From Candidatus Nitrosopelagicus sp. (lineage in GTDB: Archaea > Thermoproteota > Nitrososphaeria > Nitrososphaerales > Nitrosopumilaceae): a stretch of 64,000 bases of DNA. Position numbers and translations under genes: made by a program. A model generated the notes under the pieces. That model worked only from the letters and a program-made list of their open reading frames with translations, was not told the DNA's origin and ran no database searches. Positions within the stretch are counted from its first letter, which is position 1, and each line of letters begins with the position of its first letter. This document shows, in pieces, positions 42,090 to 52,433 of this stretch. Location of the stretch: NCBI GenBank assembly GCA_028345095.1, contig JAOMCQ010000004.1:12407-76406 (forward strand). Direction: 5' to 3'.

Positions 42090-42457
42090 ATAGAAACTTC
42101 ATCACCAGATTCAGCTTTTATTAATTCATGAGGATCATCTAAAATTTTTCCAATTGGAATTAGATCTTTTCCAACTTTAGCATCCGTGTGAAAAAAACAA
42201 AATGCATGACCCACAGACAAAAAAGCAATGTCTCCTTTTTTGAATTCTTTTCGAGTTCTTCCACCACCAGATTCAATATGTGATTCAACATAAACACCGC
42301 TAGTACCAAGTTTATGAATAGTTCCGGTTACGGGTAATGAACGATTAATAATTCCAACTAACGATGGAGAAAGATGACGTTTTAGTTCACATTTAATTTT
42401 GAATTTACCAGTTATTTCTAAAATTACATGTGATTTCGATACAGATCCACCATCCAT
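42071..42457 (-). CDS. Cyclophilin-like fold protein
   Basis: FKKGDIAF...FCFF...PIGKI. Confidence 0.78.
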   Translation of the reverse strand: MDGGSVSKSHVILEITGKFKIKCELKRHLSPSLVGIINRSLPVTGTIHKLGTSGVYVESHIESGGGRTRKEFKKGDIAFLSVGHAFCFFHTDAKVGKDLIPIGKILDDPHELIKAESGDEVSIYCDIG

Positions 42458-42469
42458 GATGAAAAGAGA

Positions 42470-43051
42470 ATGTTTGGATTATATATTGGCATTTTTCAAT
42501 TAGTTTACTTGTCGGAATCTGAAGAAACACCAATTACAACTGAAGAAAAAGAGGAACCAGCTCCTCTAATAGAAGAGGCAAAACTAGAAGAAATAATCAC
42601 ACCTGAAACTGAAGAAATTGATCCAGATGCAGAAGTCAGCGTTCATGCAACTATGGAAAAAGCAATTGAGAATTATAGGAAAATTAAAGAGGGTAAACTG
42701 GAATTATCGGAAAAAGAACTAGAAAATTTAGAAAAAGAATGTGAAGCAATCAGACAACGTCAAATTATTGATGTCGATATACAACACGATGCAATAGAAC
42801 TTAGCTCAGAGGGTAAAATATTGATGGGACCACCAACTTTAACAAGATTTGAAAAAGCAAGAATTATGGGGGCTCGAGCATTACAATTATCATTAGGTGC
42901 ACCGCCATTCATAGACATACCAGTAAATGCCGCAACATCACTTGATATTTCAATGAAAGAGTTGGAACAAAGAGTCATACCAATCACTATAAGACGTGTT
43001 TTACCTAATGGAGATTATCAAAATATACCATTGTTCGATTTCAAAGAATAG
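42470..43051 (+). CDS. rpoK: RNA polymerase subunit Rpo6/K with acidic N-terminal extension (probable TTG start 42509)
   Basis: LTRFEKARIMGARALQLSLGAP, PITIRR.LP.G. Confidence 0.94.
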   Translation: MFGLYIGIFQLVYLSESEETPITTEEKEEPAPLIEEAKLEEIITPETEEIDPDAEVSVHATMEKAIENYRKIKEGKLELSEKELENLEKECEAIRQRQIIDVDIQHDAIELSSEGKILMGPPTLTRFEKARIMGARALQLSLGAPPFIDIPVNAATSLDISMKELEQRVIPITIRRVLPNGDYQNIPLFDFKE

Positions 43052-43101
43052 ACCAATCGTCTATAAAATTTAAAAGAAGTTCAGACGGAATTATAATTAA
43101 G

Positions 43102-43392
43102 ATGGAATTACAAGAAGTTAAACGATCAGAAAATAATAATAGTTATTTTATAAAAGACGAATCAGTAATGACAAGCGCGCTAGATGTTTTAACAGAAATA
43201 TCATCAAAGAAAAAAATCGTTTTAAAGGCAAAAGGGTACTTAATTCCAAATGCCGTTGCAGTTGCAAACATCATTACAGATAACATGTTAAAAGGAAATT
43301 CATCAATTCAAGATATTAAGTTAGATAGTATAATTTCAGAAGAAGATGGACAAATGACATCAAATATAGAAATTACATTGACAAAAGATTAG
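43102..43392 (+). CDS. Alba-family DNA/RNA-binding protein
   Basis: IVLKAKG..I..AV.VA, TSNIEITL. Confidence 0.85.
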   Translation: MELQEVKRSENNNSYFIKDESVMTSALDVLTEISSKKKIVLKAKGYLIPNAVAVANIITDNMLKGNSSIQDIKLDSIISEEDGQMTSNIEITLTKD

Positions 43393-43805
43393 TAAACGCT
43401 TCCAGGTCCTTTTAGAAGCATATTCTCACATTCTTTACAAATTGCTTCATCAATATCAGATTCTAAATTATGATGAATATCACAAATTAAGAGGCTGGTT
43501 TTGATATAGTTACAAAGACCAATAAATTTTGATAAACTTGACGGAGAGTATGCCATATCAGATGACAAATCAATTGCAATATCATTAATCATTTCATATA
43601 CTTGTTTTTCAGCAGTTAATTTTTTAATTAATTCAGGATCACCACGAGTTCCACGAATATAATTACTAATTGCGGCCTGTGTAACTCCTAACATTTTTGA
43701 GATCTCATCCTCACGAACATTGTGGTTTTCAGCTAGATTTTTAGCAAGTATTGCACGAAGCGCAGGAATTAATGTTTTTGATTCAATTTCTGCAGGTAGT
43801 AACAT
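43389..43805 (-). CDS. XRE-type HTH transcription regulator with Cys/His motif
   Basis: MLLPAEIE, LGVTQAAISNY..G.RG, C..HH, CKEC; ATG at 43805. Confidence 0.85.
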   Translation of the reverse strand: MLLPAEIESKTLIPALRAILAKNLAENHNVREDEISKMLGVTQAAISNYIRGTRGDPELIKKLTAEKQVYEMINDIAIDLSSDMAYSPSSLSKFIGLCNYIKTSLLICDIHHNLESDIDEAICKECENMLLKGPGSVY

Positions 43806-43884
43806 GGAATGTCTTATTACAATTACCTTATAAGTTCCGCTGAAATTAGCTGCAACTATCTCTGAATGAATTAACAAATTTTAT

Positions 43885-44856
43885 TTGAAATCATATTCTA
43901 AACAAATTATGGAATCTTTGACGGATCAATGCAGAACAGTTTTACAGAATTCAGTTGCAAAGTGTAAATCAAATTGGATTGCATTGTCAGGGGGATTAGA
44001 CAGTAGTATACTTGCATATCTCTTAAAAGATCAAAAACCACAAGCAATAACTATAATCACAAAGGATTTTTTGGGAACAGATCTAACCTACACACAGATT
44101 ATTGCAAAACATACAGAATTGCCTCTGTCATTAATTCAAGTAAGTATTGAAGAAATATTAGATGCCATTAATGAAACAATTAAAATTTTAGGGAATTTCA
44201 ATGATATAGAAATACGTAATTCAATTGTTCCATATCTTTACCTAAATTTGTTAAAAAAACAAGGAGTAAAGTCAGTAATCACAGGAGACGGAGCTGACGA
44301 AGTATTTGCAGGATATAATTTTCTTTTAAAAAAATCAGACGAAGAATTAGTTGAAGAATTAAAAAGGATTAAAAAAATTATGCATTTTTCATCTAAAGAA
44401 ATTGCTAAATCCTTAGACATGATAGTGGAAACACCATTTTTGAATGACGAGCTTATTGAATTTTCAGATACCATTCCAATTTCAAGAAAAATTAATTCAA
44501 AAGAAGGAAAAAAATTTGGAAAATGGATTCTTAGAGAAACATTTGAAAAGGATCTTCCAGGAAATATTATTTGGAGAGAGAAATCTCCAATGCAAGATGG
44601 ATCAGGAACTACCAATCTTACAAATCTATTCAATACAATAATTACAAATGATGTTTTTTCACAGAAAAAAACAAAAATTTTAGAAGAAGATGGGGTCTAT
44701 ATCAGAACTAAGGAATCATTACATTACTACGAATGCTTTAGAAAGTCAAATTCAATAAAAAAATCAAATTCAGATGTAAAATGCCCAGATTGTAATTATG
44801 AAATTAATGTAAATTCAAAATTTTGTAGAATGTGTGGAAAATTTCCCATCATTTAG
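43885..44856 (+). CDS. Asparagine synthase C-terminal-domain protein with terminal Zn ribbon
   Basis: LSGGLDSS, TGDGADEVFAGY, KWILR, REKSP; CPDC...CRMC. Confidence 0.88.
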   Translation: MKSYSKQIMESLTDQCRTVLQNSVAKCKSNWIALSGGLDSSILAYLLKDQKPQAITIITKDFLGTDLTYTQIIAKHTELPLSLIQVSIEEILDAINETIKILGNFNDIEIRNSIVPYLYLNLLKKQGVKSVITGDGADEVFAGYNFLLKKSDEELVEELKRIKKIMHFSSKEIAKSLDMIVETPFLNDELIEFSDTIPISRKINSKEGKKFGKWILRETFEKDLPGNIIWREKSPMQDGSGTTNLTNLFNTIITNDVFSQKKTKILEEDGVYIRTKESLHYYECFRKSNSIKKSNSDVKCPDCNYEINVNSKFCRMCGKFPII

Positions 44857-45001
44857 ATTTTTTTGACCATTTTTTTGGTTTTTTGATAAATATTTTTTTG
44901 CAACCATCACAACAAAAATGATATTTTTTTGTATTATACTCATATGTTACGGATAGATCCTCATCAAACTCAAGACCACAAACAGGATCAGTAACTTTCA
45001 T
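44849..45001 (-). CDS. YHS/TRASH-domain metal-binding micro-protein (not in ORF track)
   Basis: MKVTDPVCGLEFDEDLSVTYEYNTKKYHFCCDGCKKIFIKKPKKW... Confidence 0.88.
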   Translation of the reverse strand: MKVTDPVCGLEFDEDLSVTYEYNTKKYHFCCDGCKKIFIKKPKKWSKKSK

Positions 45002-45097
45002 AATTTTTTCCAAGTAGAGTTGTATTTCTATTTATCTAAAGAAGTAGAACTGATAATTGATAAGCGTCTTTTATATGGAAAAAATTGAATACAATAC

Positions 45098-45265
45098 ATG
45101 AAAAAACTTTTTGTTGCATGTCCTAAATGTGGAAAACAAGAAGTATTCATGACAGAATACAATTGTCTCAATGTTTTGATGAAAGTAAAAAATTGGATTG
45201 TTTGTAAAAATTGTGATTATGTAATACAGATTGAAAAATTAAAGAATATGCTGTGTTGTGTATAA
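45098..45265 (+). CDS. 55-aa Zn-ribbon micro-protein (not in ORF track)
   Basis: MKKLFVACPKCGK...WIVCKNCDY...LCCV; TTTTATA about 25 nt upstream. Confidence 0.7.
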   Translation: MKKLFVACPKCGKQEVFMTEYNCLNVLMKVKNWIVCKNCDYVIQIEKLKNMLCCV

Positions 45266-46360
45266 TCAAGAAACCAATTTTTTTACAAATTCATCATATT
45301 CGGATTTCCCCATAGATTTAATTTTCATAATTTCTAAATTTTCTTCCACATGTTGACTAGATTTTTGACCAATTAATGGAGAAAGAACCCCGGGGGTGGA
45401 ACGAATAAATTGTAAGAGTCCAACAGAAGGAGAAGTATTTTCAAAAATAGTTTTAGATTTTGCCCACTCCAACAATTTACCTTGCATTAACGGAACACTT
45501 GTGAAGACACCAATTCCTAATTCAACAGATGAATCTAAAATTGATTTTTGTTTCTCATTTACAGTCTGATTTTTTAAGAGCATTGCTTGATCAAAATGTA
45601 AATTGAATGGAAGTTGTATGAATCTAAAACCATGATTGTTTCCGCCCACTTCTTGTGCAATTTTTACTACATTTTCTAACGATAAGAACATCGGATTGTC
45701 AGATGTTGCTCTAAAACATTCCCAAGTTGCCATTCCATAAAATCTAATTTTACCTTCTTTTCTTTTTGTTTCATAAAATTTAAAAATATTTTTCAGGTTA
45801 TCTAAAAAGTCCGTTTTTGACATTTCAGGATGACCTTCTACTGCATTATGAAGATACAATAAATCTATACATTCTAAATCAAGGTTTTTCAAACTTCGTT
45901 CAAGTTGATCTTCAAGATAAGGTATAGTCATACAATGATAACCAGATGATATATCACCTTCTTTGACAATTCCGGATTGACCAAATTCTCTCATCACATA
46001 TTGCATGAAATCTTCTTGAATATCTCCGTCGTTAGTAACATATCCATTTTTTGTACAAATGAATATTTCTTCTCTTTTTATTAGATTTTCATTGATCAGT
46101 TCTGATAGTGCCTTTCCGATACTTCGTTCAGATTTTTGTGCACGATAATTTATTGCAGTATCAATCACGTTTACACCAGATAAAATTGATTTTTTTACTG
46201 CATCAGTAACTATTTTGTCGGTTTGGGAATCAGGTTCACCAAGATATGTTCCAATACCCACATTTGATAGATACAAATTTTGAAATAAATTATAATTTTC
46301 TGTGAGAAATTTTTCAGAGTAAATTTTTGTTTCTTCAGAGGTTGCGTGACCAGAAATCAT
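45266..46360 (-). CDS. Aldo/keto reductase
   Basis: GIGTY, DTAINY, IDLLYLHN. Confidence 0.92.
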   Translation of the reverse strand: MISGHATSEETKIYSEKFLTENYNLFQNLYLSNVGIGTYLGEPDSQTDKIVTDAVKKSILSGVNVIDTAINYRAQKSERSIGKALSELINENLIKREEIFICTKNGYVTNDGDIQEDFMQYVMREFGQSGIVKEGDISSGYHCMTIPYLEDQLERSLKNLDLECIDLLYLHNAVEGHPEMSKTDFLDNLKNIFKFYETKRKEGKIRFYGMATWECFRATSDNPMFLSLENVVKIAQEVGGNNHGFRFIQLPFNLHFDQAMLLKNQTVNEKQKSILDSSVELGIGVFTSVPLMQGKLLEWAKSKTIFENTSPSVGLLQFIRSTPGVLSPLIGQKSSQHVEENLEIMKIKSMGKSEYDEFVKKLVS

Positions 46361-46385
46361 TCTAAATTTAGATAGATATCATTAC

Positions 46386-47270
46386 TTAAAATCCTATCAA
46401 AAATGATACAACAAATAATGTACCAGCAATTCTGCTAAAGTAAAGCGTATGCGTCATAGAACTTATCAACATATTCTCAGATTTTTCAGAATCTTTCAAA
46501 TGCCATAATGCCAAAATTAGAAATGGTTTTGCTAAAAGAACTATCAAGCTATATACAGGAAATAATCCAGTCATTACTCCAAATATTATCACACCATAGA
46601 TTAGTATTGGAAAAATTGAGAAAGTTTTAACGGCATTTGATTTTCCGAAAATAATTATCAGAGTTCTTCGTCCTTTTTCTTTATCAACATCATGATCAGG
46701 AATTGATGTTATAAAGAGGACTAATGAGGAAAGAAGCCCTACCACTATTCCTGCAAAAATTGCAAAATCATCAACACTTTGTGATTGAATGAAAAAAGTT
46801 CCAATTACAATTAAGGTTCCCTTTATTGTGACAAACACTTCTGCAAGACCCCAATTTACAATTTTTGTGGAATAGAAATAGACAGAGAGTATGGCAAATC
46901 CAAGAATTAATCCAATTGTGATTCCAAAAATCATAACAAAATAGATTCCAATTATAGAACCTAGAATTAAAAATCCAATCCCAACTAAATAAACTGATTT
47001 TGGTTTAAGTAATCCTTCTGGAAGTACGCCAGTTCCACCACTCATTTTTGTTCTTTTAGTTTTTGTATCAATACCTCGTTTGAAATCCCAGTAATCATTT
47101 AGTAAATCAACACTAGCATGTAATGAAATCACACCTGCAAATGTCAAAAATGCGTGAAAAATGTTAATTGGCGATCCAGCATACCATGCAAGAGAAAGTC
47201 CTAACGATACTGCAATGACAGATGCTAGTAGAAATTTTATTCTTATTGCACGTAACCAGATAGAGAGCAT
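46386..47270 (-). CDS. menA: UbiA-family prenyltransferase (MenA-like)
   Basis: NDYWDFKRGID, IPDHDVDKEKGRRTL, multiple TM helices. Confidence 0.85.
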   Translation of the reverse strand: MLSIWLRAIRIKFLLASVIAVSLGLSLAWYAGSPINIFHAFLTFAGVISLHASVDLLNDYWDFKRGIDTKTKRTKMSGGTGVLPEGLLKPKSVYLVGIGFLILGSIIGIYFVMIFGITIGLILGFAILSVYFYSTKIVNWGLAEVFVTIKGTLIVIGTFFIQSQSVDDFAIFAGIVVGLLSSLVLFITSIPDHDVDKEKGRRTLIIIFGKSNAVKTFSIFPILIYGVIIFGVMTGLFPVYSLIVLLAKPFLILALWHLKDSEKSENMLISSMTHTLYFSRIAGTLFVVSFLIGF

Positions 47271-47671
47271 TAGATTAGAGACTCAGCATCAACACTGACT
47301 GGTTTTCTCCCATCGAATCCAGAATCCTTTTCATGCCAGAATTTTATTTCTGTTTCTCCATCTTTCCAACAAAGCCACACTTCTTCATCAAATCTTTTTG
47401 AGGGAAAGTCTAAGAGGCCCTGATCCAGTCCTTTCATTACAACACCAATTTCTTCTAATTCCTCAATAGTTTTATAAAATTTTGATAATTCCTCATTTAG
47501 TTTTTGTTTTAAAACAACATATTTTTCAAATGTATTATTATCAGATAAGACAATTTGAAGTTCCTGTTCTGCTTTGATTACTTCATTTTTTTGTTTTTTT
47601 ATGTTATCATATTTCTGTATGACAAAAGGTAAAACTTCATTTGCAGTTTGTACCGTGAAATATTTGAACAA
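47270..47671 (-). CDS. DUF2203 family protein
   Basis: FT...AN..LP, GLLDFP, LCWK.GE.EI.FWH....GF.GRKP. Confidence 0.88.
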   Translation of the reverse strand: MFKYFTVQTANEVLPFVIQKYDNIKKQKNEVIKAEQELQIVLSDNNTFEKYVVLKQKLNEELSKFYKTIEELEEIGVVMKGLDQGLLDFPSKRFDEEVWLCWKDGETEIKFWHEKDSGFDGRKPVSVDAESLI

Positions 47672-47749
47672 TATTCAAATGATTGAATTGTTTAATTAAA
47701 AGATATCTTGGCACAAATTACTTATTTATCTAAAAATATTGAGAAATAT

Positions 47750-48037
47750 ATGAGCGCCGAAGAACAATTACAAAAAATGGTAGACCAAACAATTGAAATG
47801 GCACTCATGAATGTAGAGGCATATTATAAAGAAATTGAAGCAAGTAAGGACATTTTGAAAATTAAGGATCCAAAAGAATTTGTGTTCGGATTAATCATGG
47901 GACAGATTTTGGGACTTGGAGTTGCAGCACTTGCACAAATGAAAGGTGGAAATCCTACACCACAAGACCAAATGCAAGTAAGAGATATGGCATACAAACG
48001 TGTACCACAAATTAGAGAGAGGATTTTTGATCAATAA
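47750..48037 (+). CDS. Hypothetical protein
   Basis: ATG at 47750, coupled to the parvulin gene. Confidence 0.72.
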   Translation: MSAEEQLQKMVDQTIEMALMNVEAYYKEIEASKDILKIKDPKEFVFGLIMGQILGLGVAALAQMKGGNPTPQDQMQVRDMAYKRVPQIRERIFDQ

Positions 48038-48312
48038 TGGCACAAAAAGTAAAATGCTCACATATTTTGGTTGAGAAACAAAGTCAAGCTTTACAATTAC
48101 TAGAAGAGATTAAGAAAGGAAAAAAATTTGGTACAGTTGCTAGAGAAATTTCTACATGTCCAAGTGGAAAAAAAGATGGAGATTTAGGATATTTTACAAA
48201 AGGAATGATGGTAAAAGAATTCGAAGATGTTGCATTCAACTTAGAAATTGGAGAAATATCTGCACCTGTAAAAACTCAATTCGGATATCATATCATTAAA
48301 CGATTAGGATAA
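48037..48312 (+). CDS. Parvulin-type peptidyl-prolyl isomerase
   Basis: CSHILV, GDLGYF, PVKTQFGYHII. Confidence 0.95.
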   Translation: MAQKVKCSHILVEKQSQALQLLEEIKKGKKFGTVAREISTCPSGKKDGDLGYFTKGMMVKEFEDVAFNLEIGEISAPVKTQFGYHIIKRLG

Positions 48313-48492
48313 TCGGATCTTAAATACAAATTTTGTAATATAGACTGGAGTGAGAGTTCATATGAGTTCAATATTTGTAGGCAACTTCACTCTTCTACTC
48401 CACTAAAGATCTTTTAGAATTGATTTTTAGCAACACTGATCGAGAAAGTTTTTTACTAAAATTATGAAATACCAGATAAATCATACATCATT

Positions 48493-48651
48493 ATGCCAGA
48501 AATAACAGTCTTTTCTACTAAAGATATTGAGAATATAATTTCATGGTTTGAAAGAATCTATAGTAGCGATGAAGAGATATCAGACTTTGAACGTGAAACA
48601 TATCTCAAACTCGCAAAGTACTTCATTCTCGAAGAAAAAGCAATGTGTTAA
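48493..48651 (+). CDS. 52-aa hypothetical micro-protein (not in ORF track)
   Basis: MPEITVFSTKDIENIISWFERIYSSDEEISDFERETYLKLAKYFILEEKAMC. Confidence 0.55.
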   Translation: MPEITVFSTKDIENIISWFERIYSSDEEISDFERETYLKLAKYFILEEKAMC

Positions 48652-48675
48652 AAAATTGCATATTCTCTTTTTAAT

Positions 48676-49434
48676 TTAAGGAAAAGATTTTATCGTTTTT
48701 GCATAACTTGCAAATCTATGGTTTTGTGGGCGTACTTGTTTTTGATTATATTTTGAACAAGTGGTTCCTATTGCACCACGATAACCTATTGGAGATTCAA
48801 CCCATTTTTCATCATGTGCTGCTTTTAGCACATCGTCATAGGGACTATAATGATTAATGATTTTTTTATTTACAATTTTTTGAAATTTGTTTCCATGTAT
48901 GAGAGGTTTCATTGAATCAGCAGGGATAGATGCTCCAAAGAAATGTACAGATTCAATAATTCCTTTATTTTTTTTATTTTTTGCAAGAGATTGTATTGTA
49001 GATAAAATAACTTGGGAGCCAAGGGAATGCCCCATTAATCTAATTTTGAGTGAAGGGTTTTTTGATTTTGCATCTAAGATAAATTTTGAAAGATTTTTTC
49101 CATTCTTTTTTGCAATTTGGACCCCGACTTTCAGTGCAGATAATGCCGTAGATTTGTACTGTACACCAGCAGTATTCGAATCATAACTATAACCAACTAC
49201 ATCATATCGATAGTTTAATGATTTCAAGCGTTTTTCAGCTATCACATATTTTGCAAGAGCCCCAGATTTGTTATTCCTTAAACCATGAATCATTATGACA
49301 ATCTCAGAATTTTGTAATATTTTTTCAAAAATACTCTTGGGATAGATATCATACGAAGTGGTTTTGATAGTTTTCCCAGTTTTCAAATCATAATACCCTC
49401 TAGTAGATATTTTTGGGAACACCTTACCAATCAT
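48676..49434 (-). CDS. Alpha/beta hydrolase (DUF726/DUF900-like)
   Basis: IHG, nucleophile elbow GHSLG. Confidence 0.85.
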   Translation of the reverse strand: MIGKVFPKISTRGYYDLKTGKTIKTTSYDIYPKSIFEKILQNSEIVIMIHGLRNNKSGALAKYVIAEKRLKSLNYRYDVVGYSYDSNTAGVQYKSTALSALKVGVQIAKKNGKNLSKFILDAKSKNPSLKIRLMGHSLGSQVILSTIQSLAKNKKNKGIIESVHFFGASIPADSMKPLIHGNKFQKIVNKKIINHYSPYDDVLKAAHDEKWVESPIGYRGAIGTTCSKYNQKQVRPQNHRFASYAKTIKSFP

Positions 49435-49435
49435 T

Positions 49436-51085
49436 CTAATTTCCTAGCTTGGATTGTTCTTTTTCAATGTCAGAAGATTCTATTTTGGAAAATATTGGCT
49501 CAACGGTTCCAATTTTATGTCCTGCCTTTAATTTCAATTCAGACATTTCATTCCAAGATATATCAGAAACATTTCCTTCAAGTCCTAGCTGAGACCAAAT
49601 TTTTTGTGAAGATTTTGGTAAGAATGAATGTAAACAAATTGCAATTGAACGTACAGCATTAACTGATAGATAAATACAAGCATTTGTTCCTGATTCTTTT
49701 TTCCAAGGTTCTTTGTGCTGAAAATACTGATTAAAATGAGCTGAAAATTCCATTAATTGTTTTAATGCACGATCCAAATGATTTTCTTGCATGAGTTTTC
49801 TAATATCATCAGCAAGAGATTTAATTTTTTTCTCAGATTCAGAATCTTTTTCATCAAAAGATTCAGGTTCAGGCACAATACCATCAAAAGCTTTGTTTGT
49901 AAATCCAAGTGCACGATTTACTAAATTTCCCAAATTACCAATTAATTCAGAATTAATTTTTGTTGAAAATTGTTCCCAATCAAAATTAAGATCATCTTGT
50001 GAGTAAGGATTTATCGAAATGAGATAGAATCTTAAATAATCAGGAGGAAATTTTTCTAGAAAATCTTTTAAACCAATATACCAATTTCGGCTTTTTGATA
50101 TTTTTTTACCTTCAAGTGTGAGGTGTCCACGAGTTGGAATGTAATCAGGTAATTTGAATTCATTATTAATTCCCAACCTCATTGCAGGTAAAAACAGATA
50201 GTGATGATAGACAATATCTTTTCCAATGAAATGATAAATGTCAGATTCATTCCAAAAAGTTTTACCATCAATTTTTTTATCATTTAAAAATTTTAGTGTG
50301 GAAGAAATGTATGCCAGATGATTATCAAACCATCCATAGAATACTTTGTCTGCTAATCCTTCAATCGGGATTGGTACTCCCCATGATATATCTCGAGTTA
50401 TATCCCAATCAATCAATCCTTCTTTAATCCAATTTTCAACATATTTTTTTACATCTTTTTGAAGAAATGGGGCTTTAGACAAATATTCTAAAAGTGGTTC
50501 AGAGAAGTTTTTTAGTTTAAAGAAATAATGATTTGTAGATTTTTTAACAGGGGTTTGTCCACAAATTGAGCAATGAGGATTATCAATTTCTTCAGGTACA
50601 CGACCACATTTTTCACATAAATCAGAATATTGATCCTTAGCGTTACAATATGGACAAGTTCCTTTTACAAATCGGTCTGGAAGGAATTTTTGATCATTTT
50701 CACAGAAAAATTGTATAATTTCTTTTTCATAAATATGACCATTTTCTTGTAGTTTTTTGAATACATCTTGTACAAAAGATATATTTTCAGATGAACTAGT
50801 CTTGTAGAAAAAATCAAATTCAATATCAAAAGATGTAAAATCTTCATAGTCACGCTTATTCCAATGTTCAACATATTCTTGTGGAGTTTGACCAAGTTTT
50901 TCAGATTGTATTAGGATTGGGGTTCCAAAATCATCAGATGCACAGACATAATATGCTTCAACGCCGTTTTGTTTTAAGAAACGAGTCGTAACATCTGCAG
51001 GCAGATATGTTGATGCAACATGACCAAGATGTATTTCTCCATTGGAATATGGAAGTGCACTTGTGACTATTGCTTTTTTATTCAT
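49436..51085 (-). CDS. metG: Methionyl-tRNA synthetase
   Basis: ALPYSNGEIHLGH, Zn knuckles, KISKS. Confidence 0.97.
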   Translation of the reverse strand: MNKKAIVTSALPYSNGEIHLGHVASTYLPADVTTRFLKQNGVEAYYVCASDDFGTPILIQSEKLGQTPQEYVEHWNKRDYEDFTSFDIEFDFFYKTSSSENISFVQDVFKKLQENGHIYEKEIIQFFCENDQKFLPDRFVKGTCPYCNAKDQYSDLCEKCGRVPEEIDNPHCSICGQTPVKKSTNHYFFKLKNFSEPLLEYLSKAPFLQKDVKKYVENWIKEGLIDWDITRDISWGVPIPIEGLADKVFYGWFDNHLAYISSTLKFLNDKKIDGKTFWNESDIYHFIGKDIVYHHYLFLPAMRLGINNEFKLPDYIPTRGHLTLEGKKISKSRNWYIGLKDFLEKFPPDYLRFYLISINPYSQDDLNFDWEQFSTKINSELIGNLGNLVNRALGFTNKAFDGIVPEPESFDEKDSESEKKIKSLADDIRKLMQENHLDRALKQLMEFSAHFNQYFQHKEPWKKESGTNACIYLSVNAVRSIAICLHSFLPKSSQKIWSQLGLEGNVSDISWNEMSELKLKAGHKIGTVEPIFSKIESSDIEKEQSKLGN

Positions 51086-51153
51086 TTGTGATGATTTGGA
51101 TTTTTTTGACTATTAAGGTATGGTTTTTAAAGAGATTGGGAAGTTTGTAAAAT

Positions 51154-52392
51154 ATGAGTAAAGTAAAAAACCCAAAATTAGCAAAACAAGGAAAGATCTC
51201 ATATGAATGGGCTCGTACCCATATGGATATTTTAGATAATACATTAACTAGATTAAAAAAATCAAAGCCACTAAAAGGAGTAACAATAGCATTTTGTCTG
51301 CACATTACAAAAGAAACATCAGTTTTGTTAATGGGCGCTAAAGAATTAGGAGCAAATGTTGCAGTATGCGGAGGAAATCCATTAACAACACAAGATCACA
51401 TAGCAGCATTTCTTGCAACACAAGGAATTCACATCTATGCATGGAATGGTCAAACCAACAAAGAATATGATTGGTGTCTCGATCAGGTACTAAACCACAA
51501 ACCAAATTTAATTTGTGATGACGGTGCAGACATGAATGTTAAGGTACATTTTGATAAAAAATTCAAATCATTAGAAATTCTTGGCTCTACAGAAGAAACA
51601 ACTGCAGGAGTTACAAGAGTACAAGCAATGGAGAAGCAAGGGAAATTAAAATATCCAGTAGTTATTGTCAATGATGCAGATACAAAACATATGTTTGATA
51701 ATAGATATGGTACAGGTCAAAGTACAATTGACGGATACCTTAGAGCAATGGGGTTATTGTTTACATCAAAGAAAATCGTTGTTGTAGGATATGGTTGGGT
51801 AGGAAGAGGTGTTGCAGAAAGATCCAGAGGCATGGGCGGAAAAGTAATTGTTACAGAGATTGATCCTGTAAAAGCCCTAGAAGCACATATGGATGGATAT
51901 GATGTAATGCCAATGTCACAAGCTGCAAAAATTGGACAAATATTCATTACAACTACAGGAATGACAAGTGTGATTAGAAAAGAACATCTACTATCTATGA
52001 AAGATGGAGCAGTAGTTGGAAATGTAGGTCATTTTGATGTTGAAATTGACACAAAATTCCTTTTAGAAAAATCAAAATCAGTTAGAGAAGTTAGACCATC
52101 ATTAGATGAATGTATTTTAAGAAATGGAAGGAAAATATATCTAATCGGTAAAGGAAGGTTAGCAAATCTAGTTGCAGCCGAAGGACATCCACCAGAAGTA
52201 ATGGCACAATCATTTTCAAATCAGGTTTTATCATTACTGTATATTTTGAAAAATCATAAGAAAATGGGTAAAAAAACCATGATTGTTCCAAAAGAAATTG
52301 ACAGACAGATTGCAGTAGATGCATTAAAAGCAATGAGTGTTAAAATAGACAGCTTAACAAAAGAACAAAAGAAATATGCCGAAAGTTGGTAA
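51154..52392 (+). CDS. ahcY: S-adenosylhomocysteine hydrolase
   Basis: EETTAG, KHMFDNRYGTGQS, GYGWVGRG, GHP. Confidence 0.97.
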   Translation: MSKVKNPKLAKQGKISYEWARTHMDILDNTLTRLKKSKPLKGVTIAFCLHITKETSVLLMGAKELGANVAVCGGNPLTTQDHIAAFLATQGIHIYAWNGQTNKEYDWCLDQVLNHKPNLICDDGADMNVKVHFDKKFKSLEILGSTEETTAGVTRVQAMEKQGKLKYPVVIVNDADTKHMFDNRYGTGQSTIDGYLRAMGLLFTSKKIVVVGYGWVGRGVAERSRGMGGKVIVTEIDPVKALEAHMDGYDVMPMSQAAKIGQIFITTTGMTSVIRKEHLLSMKDGAVVGNVGHFDVEIDTKFLLEKSKSVREVRPSLDECILRNGRKIYLIGKGRLANLVAAEGHPPEVMAQSFSNQVLSLLYILKNHKKMGKKTMIVPKEIDRQIAVDALKAMSVKIDSLTKEQKKYAESW

Positions 52393-52433
52393 CAAGAATA
52401 AGTAAATAAAGAACATTATTTCAAAAATATAAC

